The notes: a model not told the origin generated them from the sequence alone. Counted from the stretch's first letter, positions 1-11,251 are shown. The stretch: 42,982 nt of DNA from Alphaproteobacteria bacterium (GCA_016869195.1 VGET01000004.1:1-42982); one strand, 5' to 3'. Made by a program: numbers and translations.

Positions 1-48
1 ACACCCCAGACCTGTCCCCCATCATCCATTCCAGTCCGAGGCCATCCC

Positions 49-2811
49 ATGCTGGGGAGTTTTGCGCAGCGCATCTTCGGTTCGGTCAATGAGCGCACGA
101 TTCGCGCCTATCGCGGCCAGGTTTCGGCCATTAACGGGCTCGAAAAGGAGCTGGAGCGGCTTTCGGACGCGGATTTACGCGCCCGAACCGATGAATTCCG
201 TGAGCGGATCGCCAAGGGAACCAAGCTGGACGACCTGTTGGCCCCCGCTTTCGCCACGGTACGCGAGGCCGCCAAGCGCACCATCGGGCAGCGCCATTAC
301 GACGTACAGCTGATCGGCGGCATGGTGCTGCACGAGGGCCGCATCGCCGAGATGGCCACCGGTGAAGGCAAGACGCTGGTCGCAACGCTGCCGGTTTACC
401 TTAACGCGCTCTGCGGCAAGGGCGTGCACGTCGTCACCGTGAACGACTATCTGGCCCGCCGCGATTCCGAATGGATGGGGCGGATCTATCGTTTCCTCGG
501 GCTGAGCGTCGGCTGCATCGTGCACGGCCTCGACGACGCGGTGCGGCGCGAGCAATACGGCTCCGACGTGACCTATGGCACCAACAACGAGTTCGGCTTC
601 GACTATCTGCGCGACAACATGAAGTTCTCGCTCGACACCATGGTGCAGCGGGAATTCAGCTACGCGATCGTCGATGAGGTCGACAGCATCCTGATCGATG
701 AGGCGCGCACGCCGCTGATCATCTCGGGCCCCGCCGAAGACAGCTCCGAGCTCTATCGCACGATCGATGCGATCATTCCCGAGCTGATCGAGGGTGACTT
801 CGAGAAGGACGAGAAGTCGCGCGCGATCAATCTGACGGACGCCGGCGTCGAGCGGCTTGAGAAACGCCTCGGCGAGCTCGGCGCGTTGAAGGGCCCGAAC
901 CTCTACGACTACGAGAACGTCACGATCGTGCATCACGTCAATCAGGCGCTGCGCGCGCACAAGATGTTCGAGCGAGACCGCGACTACATCGTGCGCGACA
1001 ACAAGGTCGTGATCATCGACGAGTTCACCGGCCGCATGATGCCCGGCCGGCGCTTCTCCGAGGGCCTGCATCAATCGCTCGAGGCCAAGGAGAAGGTGCG
1101 CATCCAGCCCGAAAATCAGACGCTCGCCTCGATCACCTTCCAGAACTATTTCCGCCTCTATCCGAAGCTCGCCGGCATGACCGGCACGGCAGCAACCGAG
1201 GCGGCCGAGTTCGGCGATATCTATCGTCTCGAGGTCACCCAGATTCCGACTAACCTGCCCTGCGTGCGCAAGGACGAGCATGACGAGGTCTACCGTACGG
1301 CCGAGGAGAAGTGGTCGGCCGTGGTCGAGGAGATCAAGGCCTGTCGCGGCACGGGCCAGCCGGTGCTGGTCGGCACGACCAGCATCGAGAAATCCGAGTT
1401 CCTGTCCGAGCGCCTGAAGAAGGCGGGCGTGCAGCACACCGTCCTGAACGCGCGCTATCACGAGCAGGAGGCGCACATCGTGGCGCAGGCCGGCCGGCTC
1501 GGCGCGGTGACGATCGCGACCAACATGGCGGGCCGCGGCACCGACATTCAGCTTGGCGGCAATATCGAGTTTCGCGTTCAGGACGAGTTGGCCCAGATCT
1601 CCGAGCCCGATGCACGCCAGCCGGCGGAGGCCAAGATCCGCGCGGAGGTATTGGCCGAGCGCGAGAAGGTGAAGCAGATCGGCGGGCTCTGCGTCATCGG
1701 CAGCGAGCGCCATGAGGCGCGGCGCATCGACAATCAGCTGCGCGGCCGCTCCGGCCGCCAGGGCGACCCCGGGCGATCCAAGTTCTTCCTCTCGCTCGAG
1801 GACGATCTCTTGCGCATCTTCGGCGGCGAGCGCATGGACGGGCTGCTCGGCAAGCTCGGCCTGAAAGAGGGCGAGGCGATCATCCATTCCTGGATCAACA
1901 AGGCGCTCGAGAAGGCGCAACAGAAGGTCGAGGCGCGCAATTACGAGATCCGCAAGAACCTGCTGAAGTTCGACGACGTGATGAACGATCAGCGCAAGGT
2001 GATCTACGAGCAGCGCAAGGATCTGATGCGCGCCACGTCGGTGACCGACACGCTGGACGACATGCGCGGCGAAGTGGTCGACGATATGATCGACGAATGC
2101 ATTCCCGAACAGAGCTATGCCGAGGAATGGAACCTCGAGAAGCTGGATGAGGACGTGAAGCGCGTCTTCAACCTGGCGCTGCCGATCAGGGCCTGGGCCA
2201 ATGAAGAGGGCATCGCGGACGAGGAAATCCGCGAGCGCATCGACGACGCCGTCAGCAAGAAGATGACGCAGAAGGCCGAGACCTATGGCCCTGAGATCTG
2301 GACCATGGCGGAGAAGAGCATGCTGCTACAGCTGCTCGACCAGACCTGGAAGGATCATCTCCTGGCGCTCGATCACCTCAGGCAGGGCATTGGGTTGCGC
2401 GCCTACGGCCAGCGTGACCCGCTGAACGAATATAAGCGCGAGGCGTTCGACATGTTCGACGCCATGCTGAAATCGTTCCGCGAGCGCGTCACCTCGGTGC
2501 TCGCCCACCTCGAGCTCAGGATCGAAGGCCAGCCGGCGCCGAGCGGTGGCCCCGGCCAGATCGCCGGCGTGGTCAAGCGGCCGGGCCAGGCGCCCTCAGG
2601 CACTCAGGCGGGCGGCCCTGGCGGCGTGCCGGCCAGCGCCGCCGCAACAACAGCCACGGCCGGTGCCGTCGCGGTCAGTGCTGTCGCGGCGCGGCCGGCA
2701 CCCGCCGTGCGGCGCGACGATCCCTCAACCTGGGCGAATACGCCGCGCAATGCCGACTGCCCCTGCGGCTCGGGCAAGAAGTACAAGCACTGCCACGGCA
2801 AGTTGGCGTAG
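49..2811 (+). CDS. secA: Preprotein translocase subunit SecA
   Basis: 920 aa; Walker [42 protein letters not shown] and C-terminal SEC-C motif [14 protein letters not shown]. Confidence 0.99.
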   Translation: MLGSFAQRIFGSVNERTIRAYRGQVSAINGLEKELERLSDADLRARTDEFRERIAKGTKLDDLLAPAFATVREAAKRTIGQRHYDVQLIGGMVLHEGRIAEMATGEGKTLVATLPVYLNALCGKGVHVVTVNDYLARRDSEWMGRIYRFLGLSVGCIVHGLDDAVRREQYGSDVTYGTNNEFGFDYLRDNMKFSLDTMVQREFSYAIVDEVDSILIDEARTPLIISGPAEDSSELYRTIDAIIPELIEGDFEKDEKSRAINLTDAGVERLEKRLGELGALKGPNLYDYENVTIVHHVNQALRAHKMFERDRDYIVRDNKVVIIDEFTGRMMPGRRFSEGLHQSLEAKEKVRIQPENQTLASITFQNYFRLYPKLAGMTGTAATEAAEFGDIYRLEVTQIPTNLPCVRKDEHDEVYRTAEEKWSAVVEEIKACRGTGQPVLVGTTSIEKSEFLSERLKKAGVQHTVLNARYHEQEAHIVAQAGRLGAVTIATNMAGRGTDIQLGGNIEFRVQDELAQISEPDARQPAEAKIRAEVLAEREKVKQIGGLCVIGSERHEARRIDNQLRGRSGRQGDPGRSKFFLSLEDDLLRIFGGERMDGLLGKLGLKEGEAIIHSWINKALEKAQQKVEARNYEIRKNLLKFDDVMNDQRKVIYEQRKDLMRATSVTDTLDDMRGEVVDDMIDECIPEQSYAEEWNLEKLDEDVKRVFNLALPIRAWANEEGIADEEIRERIDDAVSKKMTQKAETYGPEIWTMAEKSMLLQLLDQTWKDHLLALDHLRQGIGLRAYGQRDPLNEYKREAFDMFDAMLKSFRERVTSVLAHLELRIEGQPAPSGGPGQIAGVVKRPGQAPSGTQAGGPGGVPASAAATTATAGAVAVSAVAARPAPAVRRDDPSTWANTPRNADCPCGSGKKYKHCHGKLA

Positions 2812-2835
2812 GTCCGAGTTGCTGGGCGTTCGTCA

Positions 2836-3050
2836 CCCCCTCACCCTACTTCGGCTAGGCTCGCGCGAGCTCGCCAAGCCTCCGTATCCCTCTCCCCCTT
2901 CAAAGGGGGAGAGGAAAGGTGAGGGGGCCGCATCCAGGCGCTGCAGGCCGGCATCAGCGCTCGGAGGCGCGCGGCGCGCCACCTCTCCCAACCCTCTCCG
3001 CCCCTCGGGGCGGAGAGGGTGACGTGCGCCAGCGCGGCGGGTGAGGTGGG
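2836..3050. repeat. Composite REP-like palindromic element, CCCTCTCC/GGAGAGGG family
   Basis: Hairpins CCTCTCCCCCTT/AAGGGGGAGAGG (2889-2914) and ACCCTCTCCGCCCC/GGGGCGGAGAGGGT (2991-3020); shares CCGTATCCCTCTCC and GGGTGAGGTGGG blocks with 11423-11555; lies between convergent genes. Confidence 0.85.
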
Positions 3051-3053
3051 AAA

Positions 3054-3938
3054 TTACAGCTTCGGCTTGTAGAGCGCGCGGCCGCGGCAGGGCACCGCGA
3101 TCTCCTCGAGCGCGTTGGTGCCGAGGTCGGTGACGACCGCGCCGTCCGCGCCTTCCCGGAACGCGATGTTGGTCGGGCGCTGGCCGTTGGTCTTGATGCG
3201 ATCGACGACCTTGCCGCCCCGATCGAGCACGGTCACATCGCCCTGGCCGAACACGGTGCAATAGAGCCGGCCGTCCTGCCCGAAGGCCATGCCGTCGGGC
3301 CCGACGAAGGCGCTCGGCGCGCCATTGATGACATTGCCGAACACCTCGCGCTTCGGCGCCGCCTGTCCGAACACGTCATAGCGATAGACGTTGCCCGACA
3401 GCGTCTCGTTGACATAGAGGATGTTGTCAGCATCGAACGCGATGCCGTTGGTGAAGCGAAGCCCGGTATCGAGCGTGCGCAGCACGCGACCGCTCTTCGG
3501 GTCGATGTCGAAGATGCGGCCGTGATAGGGGATGGTCTTGTAGTCCGAGCGGATCGCCTGACCGTCGATGAAGTCGTCGGGCAGAATCCCCGAATCGGTA
3601 AGGTAAAGATGGCCATCGGGACCGAAGGCGACGTCATTGGGCCAGAGATAGGGGTCGCCATCCGGCCCGACGAAGCGCTTCAGGATTTTGCCAGTGGGTG
3701 AAAGGCAGACGACGCTCTCCTGCTCGCCGCCCGCGGTCCACAGATTACCATCGCCGTCGATGGTGAGGCCGTTCGGTCGCCCGCCCGGCCGCGCGACCTC
3801 ATGGCGCTGGCCCTTGGCATCGACCCGGCTGACGCAAGCCCGAGCCTTCGCCATCTCGACGAGGTAGACCTGCCCGTCCTCGGTGCAGACCGGACCCTCG
3901 GGCTCCATCACGCCCGAGCACACAACGCGATTGGCCAT
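3054..3938 (-). CDS. SMP-30/gluconolactonase/LRE family protein
   Basis: 294 aa; PEGP, PNG, PND, FTNGIAF, PDGM and PTNIAF beta-propeller motifs. Confidence 0.92.
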   Translation of the reverse strand: MANRVVCSGVMEPEGPVCTEDGQVYLVEMAKARACVSRVDAKGQRHEVARPGGRPNGLTIDGDGNLWTAGGEQESVVCLSPTGKILKRFVGPDGDPYLWPNDVAFGPDGHLYLTDSGILPDDFIDGQAIRSDYKTIPYHGRIFDIDPKSGRVLRTLDTGLRFTNGIAFDADNILYVNETLSGNVYRYDVFGQAAPKREVFGNVINGAPSAFVGPDGMAFGQDGRLYCTVFGQGDVTVLDRGGKVVDRIKTNGQRPTNIAFREGADGAVVTDLGTNALEEIAVPCRGRALYKPKL

Positions 3939-4032
3939 GACCTCCCCTTCTCATTCTCGATCGTTGTTTGTCAGCGCACCGGCGGCGTTGACGAAGCATA
4001 CAGAGACGCGAACCTGAGCATCGCCCCCAGGT

Positions 4033-4108
4033 CGTCATGCCCGGATTTAATCCGGGCATCCAGTCTTGTTTCAAACCCTGGATGGCCGGGTCAAGCCCGG
4101 CCATGACG
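4033..4108. repeat. CGTC-tagged REP doublet (inverted pair)
   Basis: CGTCATGCCCGGATTTAATCCGGGCATCCA ... TGGATGGCCGGGTCAAGCCCGGCCATGACG; related to 17338-17432. Confidence 0.9.
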
Positions 4109-4139
4109 AGAAAAAAGGGGCGCGCCGGCTGAGTGCCGC

Positions 4140-5108
4140 TCAGCCCAGGCCCTTCTGGCCGATCGCGAGGAATTTCTGGCGCCGGCGGCTGCGCACCTCG
4201 CCGCCCGGCACACCGCGGAAGGTATCGAGCGCGCGCTCGAGCGCCTCGCCGACCGCATTGATCGCGTCCTCGGGCTTGCGGTGCGCGCCGCCCAAGGGCT
4301 CGGGGATGATCTCATCGATCACGCCGAGCTTCAGCAGATCTTCCGCGGTCAATTTCAGCGCCTCGGCGGCTTCCTGCGCGTGCTCGGCGCTGCGCCAGAG
4401 GATCGAGGCGCAGCCCTCGGGCGAGATGACCGAATAGATCGCGTGCTCGAGCATGAGGATGCGGTTGGCGGTGGCGAGCGCGATGGCGCCGCCCGAGCCG
4501 CCCTCGCCGATGATCACGCTGACGATCGGCACGCGCAGATCGACGCAGGTTTCGATCGAGCGCGCGATGGCTTCGGCCTGTCCCCGTTCCTCCGCGCCGA
4601 CGCCGGGATAGGCGCCCGCGGTATCGACGAGGGTCACCACCGGCAGGTTGAAACGCTCGGCGAGCCGCATGAGCCTGACCGCCTTGCGATAGCCTTCGGG
4701 GTTCGGCATGCCGAAATTGTGCTTGATGCGGCTCTCGGTGTCCGCGCCCTTCTCCTGGCCGATCAGCATGATCGAATGACCGCGAAAGCGCCCGAGCCCG
4801 CCGATCACCGCGCGGTCCTCGCCGAACTTGCGATCGCCGGCCAAGGGCGTGAAATCCTCGATCAGGGCCTGCACATAGTCGAGGCAATGGGGCCGGAGCG
4901 CGTGGCGCGCGACGAGCGTTTTCTGCCAGGGGCTGAGCCGCGCATAGGTCTGGCGCAGCGTGCGGTCGACCTTGCCCTGAAGGCGCGCGACCTCTTCGAC
5001 GATGTTGAGCCCGCCCGAATCGCTCAGGTGGCGCAGCTCACGAATTTTCCCCTCGATCTCGGCGATCGGCTTCTCGAAGTCCAAATAGGAGCTCATCTCG
5101 TCGCTCAA
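4140..5108 (-). CDS. accA: Acetyl-CoA carboxylase carboxyltransferase alpha subunit
   Basis: [55 protein letters not shown]; start either TTG 5108 (GAGG upstream) or ATG 5096. Confidence 0.98.
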   Translation of the reverse strand: MSDEMSSYLDFEKPIAEIEGKIRELRHLSDSGGLNIVEEVARLQGKVDRTLRQTYARLSPWQKTLVARHALRPHCLDYVQALIEDFTPLAGDRKFGEDRAVIGGLGRFRGHSIMLIGQEKGADTESRIKHNFGMPNPEGYRKAVRLMRLAERFNLPVVTLVDTAGAYPGVGAEERGQAEAIARSIETCVDLRVPIVSVIIGEGGSGGAIALATANRILMLEHAIYSVISPEGCASILWRSAEHAQEAAEALKLTAEDLLKLGVIDEIIPEPLGGAHRKPEDAINAVGEALERALDTFRGVPGGEVRSRRRQKFLAIGQKGLG

Positions 5109-5117
5109 TGGCCTTCC

Positions 5118-6086
5118 TCAGCGTGCGAGCGGGTGGTGATCGCGCACCACCGCCTTCAGCCGGTCATCGACAACATGGGTGTAAATCTCGGTCGTCGCAA
5201 TATCCGCGTGACCGAGCATGGTTTGTACCGCGCGCAAATCCGCCCCGTGAGCCAGCAGGTGACTCGCAAAGGCGTGGCGCAGCACATGGGGCGAAAGCCG
5301 CGCGGGCTCGATGCCGGCGGCGAATGCGAGGCCTTTCAGAAGTTGGCCGACGCGATGGCGGGTGAGCCGCCCGCCCGCGCCGCGCGAGGGAAAGAGATGG
5401 GGTGACGCCCGCCCAGGCAGATGGGTGGCGCGCGCCGCGAGATAGGCCTCGACCGCGAGCCGCGCGGGCTCGCCCAGCGGCACGACGCGCTCCTTCGAGC
5501 CCTTGCCACGCACGATCAGGCTTGCACCGTCGCGCGCGAAGGCCGAGAGCGGCAGGCCGGCGAGCTCGGAGACGCGCAGGCCCGCGGCATAGAGCAGCTC
5601 GATGATCGCGACCAGACGCAGCGCGTCGGCCCGGGCACGCACCGTTTTCGCACGCCCGACGCCGTCATAGGCCGCCTTGATCAGCACCTCGACCTCGGCC
5701 TCGCTCAGGATCTTGGGCAGAGGCCGCCCGAGCTTGGGTCCATCGATCGTGTCGGTCGGGTCGTCGCGCCGCGCGCCCTCCGCCACCAGGAAGGCGAAGA
5801 ACTGGCGCAGCGCCGACAAGCGCCGCGCGGCTGTGCGGGGCGAATAGGACGCCTTGGACAAGGCGACCAGATGGTCGCGCAGCTGCTCGCGCGTGGCCTC
5901 GGCCAGCGCACCCGGCGTGCGCGGAATCGTCTTGGCGACCGACGTCAGGTCACGCTGATAGGCCGCCACCGTGTTCTCGCTCGCGCCGCGCTCGGCCCTG
6001 AGCATCTCGACGAAGCGCTCGATCGCGCGCTCATCGGCCGCGGCGATGGCAGGCGTGTCTTGCTTGTTTTTTTGGCCGCCGCTCAT
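5118..6086 (-). CDS. xerD: Site-specific tyrosine recombinase XerD
   Basis: GLRVSEL, GKGSKERVVP, SPHVLRHAFASHLL, LGHADIATTEIYTHV, C-terminal HHPLA; core accA/aroK context. Confidence 0.93.
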   Translation of the reverse strand: MSGGQKNKQDTPAIAAADERAIERFVEMLRAERGASENTVAAYQRDLTSVAKTIPRTPGALAEATREQLRDHLVALSKASYSPRTAARRLSALRQFFAFLVAEGARRDDPTDTIDGPKLGRPLPKILSEAEVEVLIKAAYDGVGRAKTVRARADALRLVAIIELLYAAGLRVSELAGLPLSAFARDGASLIVRGKGSKERVVPLGEPARLAVEAYLAARATHLPGRASPHLFPSRGAGGRLTRHRVGQLLKGLAFAAGIEPARLSPHVLRHAFASHLLAHGADLRAVQTMLGHADIATTEIYTHVVDDRLKAVVRDHHPLAR

Positions 6087-7849
6087 AGGCCTTTGCCGAG
6101 CGCAGCCTCGAGCGCGAGCGTGCGGGCCGGAAGCGCGAGGCCGGCATTGTTGAGACTCTGCACCGTCAGCGCGAGTGTCAGGGTCGAGGCCCGGGTCGGC
6201 CCGTCATTGCCGAGCGCCGCGAGCGACAACAACCCGGTCTCGCCACTCCGCTGTTCGGCCGCCGCCTTGCCGAGCGCATCGACCAAGGCTGGTGGCGGCA
6301 CGGAGGCCGTTTCATTGCCGCCGCCGAGCGTGATGTCGAGCACCACCTGATCCGGCACCTGAAGCCCGAGCGCCTTCATCAGGGTCACGGTCAGGCTCGC
6401 GCGCTGCGCGGCCTCGGGCGTCGCGGTGCCGCCATTCACCTTGAGCCACGCGTCGAACAGATCCGGCTTGAACGGCTCGCCCGTCGTCTGCTCGGCCAAC
6501 GCCATCACCGGCCAGAGCGACACCGCGATATCGAACAGCGCTGGATCGCTCCGACCCTGCTCGGCGGCGAGCGTGTGCCAGCGCTTGGCCATGGCCGGCT
6601 CGCCGCCGGCAAGCAGGGCGCGCGCCGCATCGCCCGCAAAGAACGCGAGCGCAGGCGTCTGCTCGATCTTCGCGAGCAGGGGAAAGACGACGCGCGCGAA
6701 CATCGGGAACGCCTTGTCCTGGCGCGCACGCGCGAAGCCGGCCTGCATGAGCTTGGCCTGCCCGTCGGGAGTCGGCTCGGCCAGGATCGCGCGGTAGATC
6801 AGCGCGCGCGCCATCGGACCCGAGAGCTTCTCGGCTGCCTTTAGCGGGTTCGTGAGCTCGGCCTTCTTGAACTGCTGAACTTCGTAGAACTTACCGACGC
6901 TTTCGGCCGGCACGGTGCCAGCAAGCTCCGCCCGCTCCACGGCCGCCAGCCGAAGTTTCATCGGCGTATCGGCCGAGGCCGCGATGAGCCGCATCAACGC
7001 CGGATTCGCGCCCTCGCTCGCGCTTTCGGGGATTGGGCGCTTCGCCCGTTTCAGCATGGCGAAGTGCAAGGGCGTCGGATCGGGCAGTGCCTCGAGCTTG
7101 GCCTTGGAGCCGAGCACCGCATCTGCGAGCACGAGAAACGCCTTGTCCGGCTCGCCCCCATCGCGCAGCACGTCGAGCCCGATGCGCCCGGCCTCGGCCT
7201 CGCCACCGATGATCTGGCAGAAGATCAACGCCTTCTGCCAATAGGGCTCGCCCGAGCGCTTGACCTCCTCGCGCGTATGGGTGCAGGCGCGAGCGAACTC
7301 CTCGCCGCCCGCCAGGAAATCAAGATCGGTCTCGATGCGCGCCCTGACCGCATCAAGCGCCGGCGAGGTCGGCGCGTTCGCCAGCAGGGCGGCCGCAATC
7401 TGATATTCACCCATCGCGGCGAGAGCGCCCGCGCGCGCGGACAGGAACGAGCCCGGCGGGCCGCCGCCCTCGGGCGGGGTCGCCTGCGTCGCCAGGAGGC
7501 CGATCGCGAGCCGGCGCATGGTGAGCGAGGGCCCCGAGGTCGGCAGGCGCGCCATCAGCGCCTCGACATAGTCGCGCTTGGAGCCACGCCAGATCGTCGC
7601 GGGCAGATTGCCGCCGGCGCTCTCGCCAAGGCCAGTCCCATCCGGCCCGACCGCCTCGAGCTCGTCGATCTCGACCGCATCCTTGGACCGCGCGGGCTTT
7701 TGCGGCTGAAACACGTCTTCGTTTTCGGGCGCGTAGTCAGGCTCGAGCGGCTGCGCGTCGAGGCCCGGCAGAAGCTGGACTGGCCGATCGTCGTCGGCCA
7801 AGGCCTCGGCCCCGGCCGGGGCAAGGAGCCCCGCCGCAAGCAACGCCAC
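6083..7849 (-). CDS. Conserved hypothetical exported alpha-helical protein
   Basis: 588 aa ORF with signal-peptide-like N-terminus, Ala/Leu-rich helical body; stop overlaps xerD start. Confidence 0.8.
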   Translation of the reverse strand: MALLAAGLLAPAGAEALADDDRPVQLLPGLDAQPLEPDYAPENEDVFQPQKPARSKDAVEIDELEAVGPDGTGLGESAGGNLPATIWRGSKRDYVEALMARLPTSGPSLTMRRLAIGLLATQATPPEGGGPPGSFLSARAGALAAMGEYQIAAALLANAPTSPALDAVRARIETDLDFLAGGEEFARACTHTREEVKRSGEPYWQKALIFCQIIGGEAEAGRIGLDVLRDGGEPDKAFLVLADAVLGSKAKLEALPDPTPLHFAMLKRAKRPIPESASEGANPALMRLIAASADTPMKLRLAAVERAELAGTVPAESVGKFYEVQQFKKAELTNPLKAAEKLSGPMARALIYRAILAEPTPDGQAKLMQAGFARARQDKAFPMFARVVFPLLAKIEQTPALAFFAGDAARALLAGGEPAMAKRWHTLAAEQGRSDPALFDIAVSLWPVMALAEQTTGEPFKPDLFDAWLKVNGGTATPEAAQRASLTVTLMKALGLQVPDQVVLDITLGGGNETASVPPPALVDALGKAAAEQRSGETGLLSLAALGNDGPTRASTLTLALTVQSLNNAGLALPARTLALEAALGKGL

Positions 7850-7896
7850 CCCCAGAATCGAACCGCGCGCTCCGGACGAGCGCCGAGCCGCTCGTC

Positions 7897-8028
7897 TCAG
7901 GGTGGTAGCTCCTTGGTGATGGTGGCGTCGATCGGCTGTTTCGGTGGCGGGATGTCCCAGATCATCAGGAACGCGATCGCACCGCCGATCGCGAGGATCA
8001 CGATCAGCGCGAGCGCGCGCAATACCAC
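7897..8028 (-). CDS. Small single-pass membrane protein
   Basis: Hydrophobic helix ALALIVILAIGGAIAFLMIW followed by DIPPP; GTG start at 8028 chosen within ORF 7897..8169; start uncertain. Confidence 0.6.
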   Translation of the reverse strand: MVLRALALIVILAIGGAIAFLMIWDIPPPKQPIDATITKELPP

Positions 8029-8195
8029 GCTCTTGCCGCTATCGCTGCTTCGACTCGCTCTCACGGGGAACCATCCGGGTGCACGGGCGATCCGCTGTGC
8101 TAGAGTGCGTTCATGTCGAGTCGGGGCGAGTTTACCGAGCGAGTCGATCGTCTTCAATCGTCCGCCCATACTGGCGCCATGAATGGGGCCATTCG

Positions 8196-8774
8196 ATGAC
8201 CGGCGTCGCCCCCTGCCCGAACCTCGACCGCGCGATCGTGCTGGTCGGCCTCATGGGCGCCGGCAAGAGCGCGCTCGGCCGACGACTGGCCGCTAGGCTC
8301 GGTCTGCGCTTCGTCGACGCCGACGCCGAGATCGAGAAAGCCGCGGGCTGCTCGATCGAGGATTTCTTCGCGGCCCATGGCGAGCCGGCGTTTCGCGAGG
8401 GCGAGCGGCGCGTTGTGGCGCGGCTGCTCGGCGAAGGCCCGCACGTGCTCGCCACCGGCGGCGGCGCCTTCATGGACCCTGAGACAAGGCGGCGGATTCA
8501 CGAGCGTGGCATCTCAGTCTGGCTCCGCGCCGACCTCGACTTGCTGCTCAATCGCGTATCGCGGCGCGACGACCGCCCGCTCCTGAAGGACGGCGACAAG
8601 CGCGAGACCCTGGCGCGCCTGATCGAGGAACGCTACCCGATCTACGCCGAGGCGGACATCGTGGTCGACAGCGAGGACGTGCCGCACGAGCGCATGGTGG
8701 AGAAGATCGTCGACGCGCTGGCGACCTATCAGGCCGCGAACGGGGGTTGCGCGCGCGAGCCTGCGGCCGGATGA
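8196..8774 (+). CDS. aroK: Shikimate kinase
   Basis: IVLVGLMGAGKS Walker A, FVDAD, FREGERRV, ATGGG, RPLL; ATG 8196 within ORF 7944..8774; directly upstream of aroB. Confidence 0.96.
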   Translation: MTGVAPCPNLDRAIVLVGLMGAGKSALGRRLAARLGLRFVDADAEIEKAAGCSIEDFFAAHGEPAFREGERRVVARLLGEGPHVLATGGGAFMDPETRRRIHERGISVWLRADLDLLLNRVSRRDDRPLLKDGDKRETLARLIEERYPIYAEADIVVDSEDVPHERMVEKIVDALATYQAANGGCAREPAAG

Positions 8775-8794
8775 TCGCCGCCGACAGCTGAGCC

Positions 8795-9946
8795 ATGGCC
8801 AGTTCCCGGACCGCCCTCCCGCACGCGCACGACGTGGTGCCCGTCGAGCTTGGCGCGCGCCGCTACGATATCGTGGTCGGCGAAGGCCTGATCGCGCACG
8901 CCGGCCGGCACATCACGGAGCGGCTTGGTCCGCGCCCCTTGGCTGTCGTGACCGATGCCAATGTCGCGCGCCTGCATCTCGATGCGCTGATGGCGTCGCT
9001 CGCCGGCGCCAAACAAATGGTGCCGCCGATCGTCGTCGAGGCCGGCGAGGCGAGCAAGGACTTCGCCTATCTCGAGCGCGTGGTTGAGCGCCTGATCGAA
9101 GCGCGGATTGAGCGCTCGACGCTATTGATCGCGCTCGGCGGCGGCGTGATCGGCGATCTCGCGGGCTTCGCCGCCAGTGTCGCGCTCCGCGGCATCGATT
9201 TCGTTCAGGTGCCGACCACACTCCTCGCCCAGGTCGACAGCTCGGTCGGCGGCAAGACTGCGATCAACAGCCGCCACGGCAAGAACCTGATCGGCAGCTT
9301 CCACCAGCCCCGCCTCGTGCTCTCGGACATCGGCGCGCTCGACAGCTTGCCCGGGCGCGAGCTGCGCGCCGGCTATGCCGAGGTCGCGAAGTACGGGCTG
9401 ATCGACGATGCGCCGTTCTTTGCCTGGCTCGAGCGCAACGCCGCGTCTCTGCTCGCGGGCGACCGCGCGCTCCGGCGCGAGGCCGTGATGCGCTCCTGTC
9501 AATCCAAAGCGCGCATCGTCGCGGCCGACGAGCGCGAGGCCGATGTGCGCGCGTTGCTCAATCTCGGCCACACCTTCGGCCATGCCTTCGAGGCCGAGAC
9601 CGGCTTTGGGTCGGAGCTGCTGCACGGCGAGGCGGTCGCGCTCGGCATGGCGCTGGCGCACGACCTCTCGGCGCGTCTTGGGTTGTGCCCGCCGGATGAT
9701 GCCACGCGCGTGAAAAATCATCTCAAATCGGTCGGCCTGCCAAGCACGGTCGGCGATCTGAGACCGCGCGATTGGCGTACCGACCGCCTGATCGAGCACA
9801 TGGCACACGACAAGAAGGTGAAGGACGGCCGGCTGACCTTTATCCTCTCGCGCGGCATCGGCCGCGCCTTCATCACCACCGACGTGCCGATCGATGCGCT
9901 GCGCGCGCTGCTCGATGACAGCATCGCAGCCGCGGCACGCCGCTAG
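8795..9946 (+). CDS. aroB: 3-dehydroquinate synthase
   Basis: ALGGGVIGDLAGF, PTTLLAQVDSSVGGKT, LNLGHTFGHA, LHGEAV, HDKK. Confidence 0.98.
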   Translation: MASSRTALPHAHDVVPVELGARRYDIVVGEGLIAHAGRHITERLGPRPLAVVTDANVARLHLDALMASLAGAKQMVPPIVVEAGEASKDFAYLERVVERLIEARIERSTLLIALGGGVIGDLAGFAASVALRGIDFVQVPTTLLAQVDSSVGGKTAINSRHGKNLIGSFHQPRLVLSDIGALDSLPGRELRAGYAEVAKYGLIDDAPFFAWLERNAASLLAGDRALRREAVMRSCQSKARIVAADEREADVRALLNLGHTFGHAFEAETGFGSELLHGEAVALGMALAHDLSARLGLCPPDDATRVKNHLKSVGLPSTVGDLRPRDWRTDRLIEHMAHDKKVKDGRLTFILSRGIGRAFITTDVPIDALRALLDDSIAAAARR

Positions 9947-9976
9947 ACGTCGGACGTTTCAGCCCAGGGTAGGCTC

Positions 9977-11251
9977 ATGATTGCCTCCATCGTCGGGATC
10001 GTCTTTCTGCTCATGGCGTCGGCCTTTTTCTCGGGCAGCGAGACCGCGCTGACTGCAACCTCACGCGCGCGCATGCACCATCTGGAGCAGCGAGGCAATC
10101 GGCGCGCACGATTGGTGGCGCGCCTGATCGAGCGGCGCGAGCGCCTGATCGGCACGCTCCTGATCGGCAACAACATCGTCAATATCTTCGCCTCCTCGCT
10201 CGCGACCAGCGTGCTCTACAGCCTGGTCGGCGAGGGCATCGCGGTTCTGCTCGCGACGGTCGTGATGACCATCCTCCTCGTCATCTTCTCGGAGGTGCTG
10301 CCCAAGACCATCGCGATCAGAAACGCCGACCGCGTGTCGCTTGCGGTGGCGCCGATTGCCACGGGCATTGTGTTCCTGCTCACCCCATTGGCTGCGACCG
10401 TTCAGGCCATTGTCTCGGCCATCCTCAAGGCGTTCGGGGTACGCGCGCAGGCCACTGATCACACGGCGGCGGAGGAGGAGCTGCGCGGGGCAATCAGCCT
10501 GCACGCCGATTCGGGCGCCGTGATCGGGCATGAGAAGGCCATGCTGCACAGCATCCTCGATCTCGATCGTCTCCCGGTCAGCGACGCGATGACCCACCGG
10601 CGCAGCATGCTGATGCTGGACGCCGACATGCCCCCGACCGAGCTGGTCGAACGCGTGATGAGCTCGAACTACACGCGCATGCCGGTTTGGCGCGGCGAGC
10701 CCGACAATATCATTGGCGTATTGCACGCGAAGGACTTGCTGCGCGCGCTCGGCGCCGCCCGCAATGACCCGACCGCGATCGACGTCACGAAGATCCTGGT
10801 CAAGCCCTGGTTCGTGCCCGAGACCACCACATTGCTGGAGCAGATGACGGCGTTCCGCGAGAAGCACGCGCATTTCGCGCTCGTGGTCGATGAGTATGGC
10901 GCGCTGATGGGTCTGATCACGCTCGAGGATATTCTGGAAGAGATCGTCGGTGAGATTACCGATGAGCACGACATCGCCTCGCGCAACGTCTCGGCGCAGC
11001 CAGACGGCAGCTATCTCGTGCTCGGCTCGGTCACGATTCGCGATGTCAACCGGCGCCTCGGATGGAATTTGAGCGACGAGGCGGCGACCACGATCGCCGG
11101 TCTCATGCTGCACCACGCCCAGACCATCCCTGAGGTCGGCGGCGCCTGCGACGTACAGGGCTTTCGCTTCGAGCTGGTCGCGCGCCAGGGCAACACCCTC
11201 ACCCAAATTCGCATCCGGCCCGCGCGCGACATCGCGCCCCGCGACGCCTAG
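9977..11251 (+). CDS. HlyC/CorC (CNNM-CBS-CorC) family Mg/Co transporter-associated protein
   Basis: SAFFSGSETAL, LIGNNIVN, EVLPKT, CBS pair with VVDEYG and TLEDILEEIVGEI. Confidence 0.95.
   Translation: MIASIVGIVFLLMASAFFSGSETALTATSRARMHHLEQRGNRRARLVARLIERRERLIGTLLIGNNIVNIFASSLATSVLYSLVGEGIAVLLATVVMTILLVIFSEVLPKTIAIRNADRVSLAVAPIATGIVFLLTPLAATVQAIVSAILKAFGVRAQATDHTAAEEELRGAISLHADSGAVIGHEKAMLHSILDLDRLPVSDAMTHRRSMLMLDADMPPTELVERVMSSNYTRMPVWRGEPDNIIGVLHAKDLLRALGAARNDPTAIDVTKILVKPWFVPETTTLLEQMTAFREKHAHFALVVDEYGALMGLITLEDILEEIVGEITDEHDIASRNVSAQPDGSYLVLGSVTIRDVNRRLGWNLSDEAATTIAGLMLHHAQTIPEVGGACDVQGFRFELVARQGNTLTQIRIRPARDIAPRDA

Noticed and set aside
175-1920. Long antisense ORFs (also 10061-11584, 30969-32348, 41271-42482 and others)
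   Set aside because: Shadow frames opposite well-supported genes, expected from high-GC codon bias
2833-3261. Shared peptide HLTRRAGARHPLRP in ORFs 2833..3261 and 11368..12207
   Set aside because: Translation of the repeated REP DNA, not a protein family
5118-6086. Tyrosine recombinase as a prophage or island integrase
   Set aside because: Motifs and accA/aroK context fit housekeeping XerD; no att repeats, tRNA or phage genes
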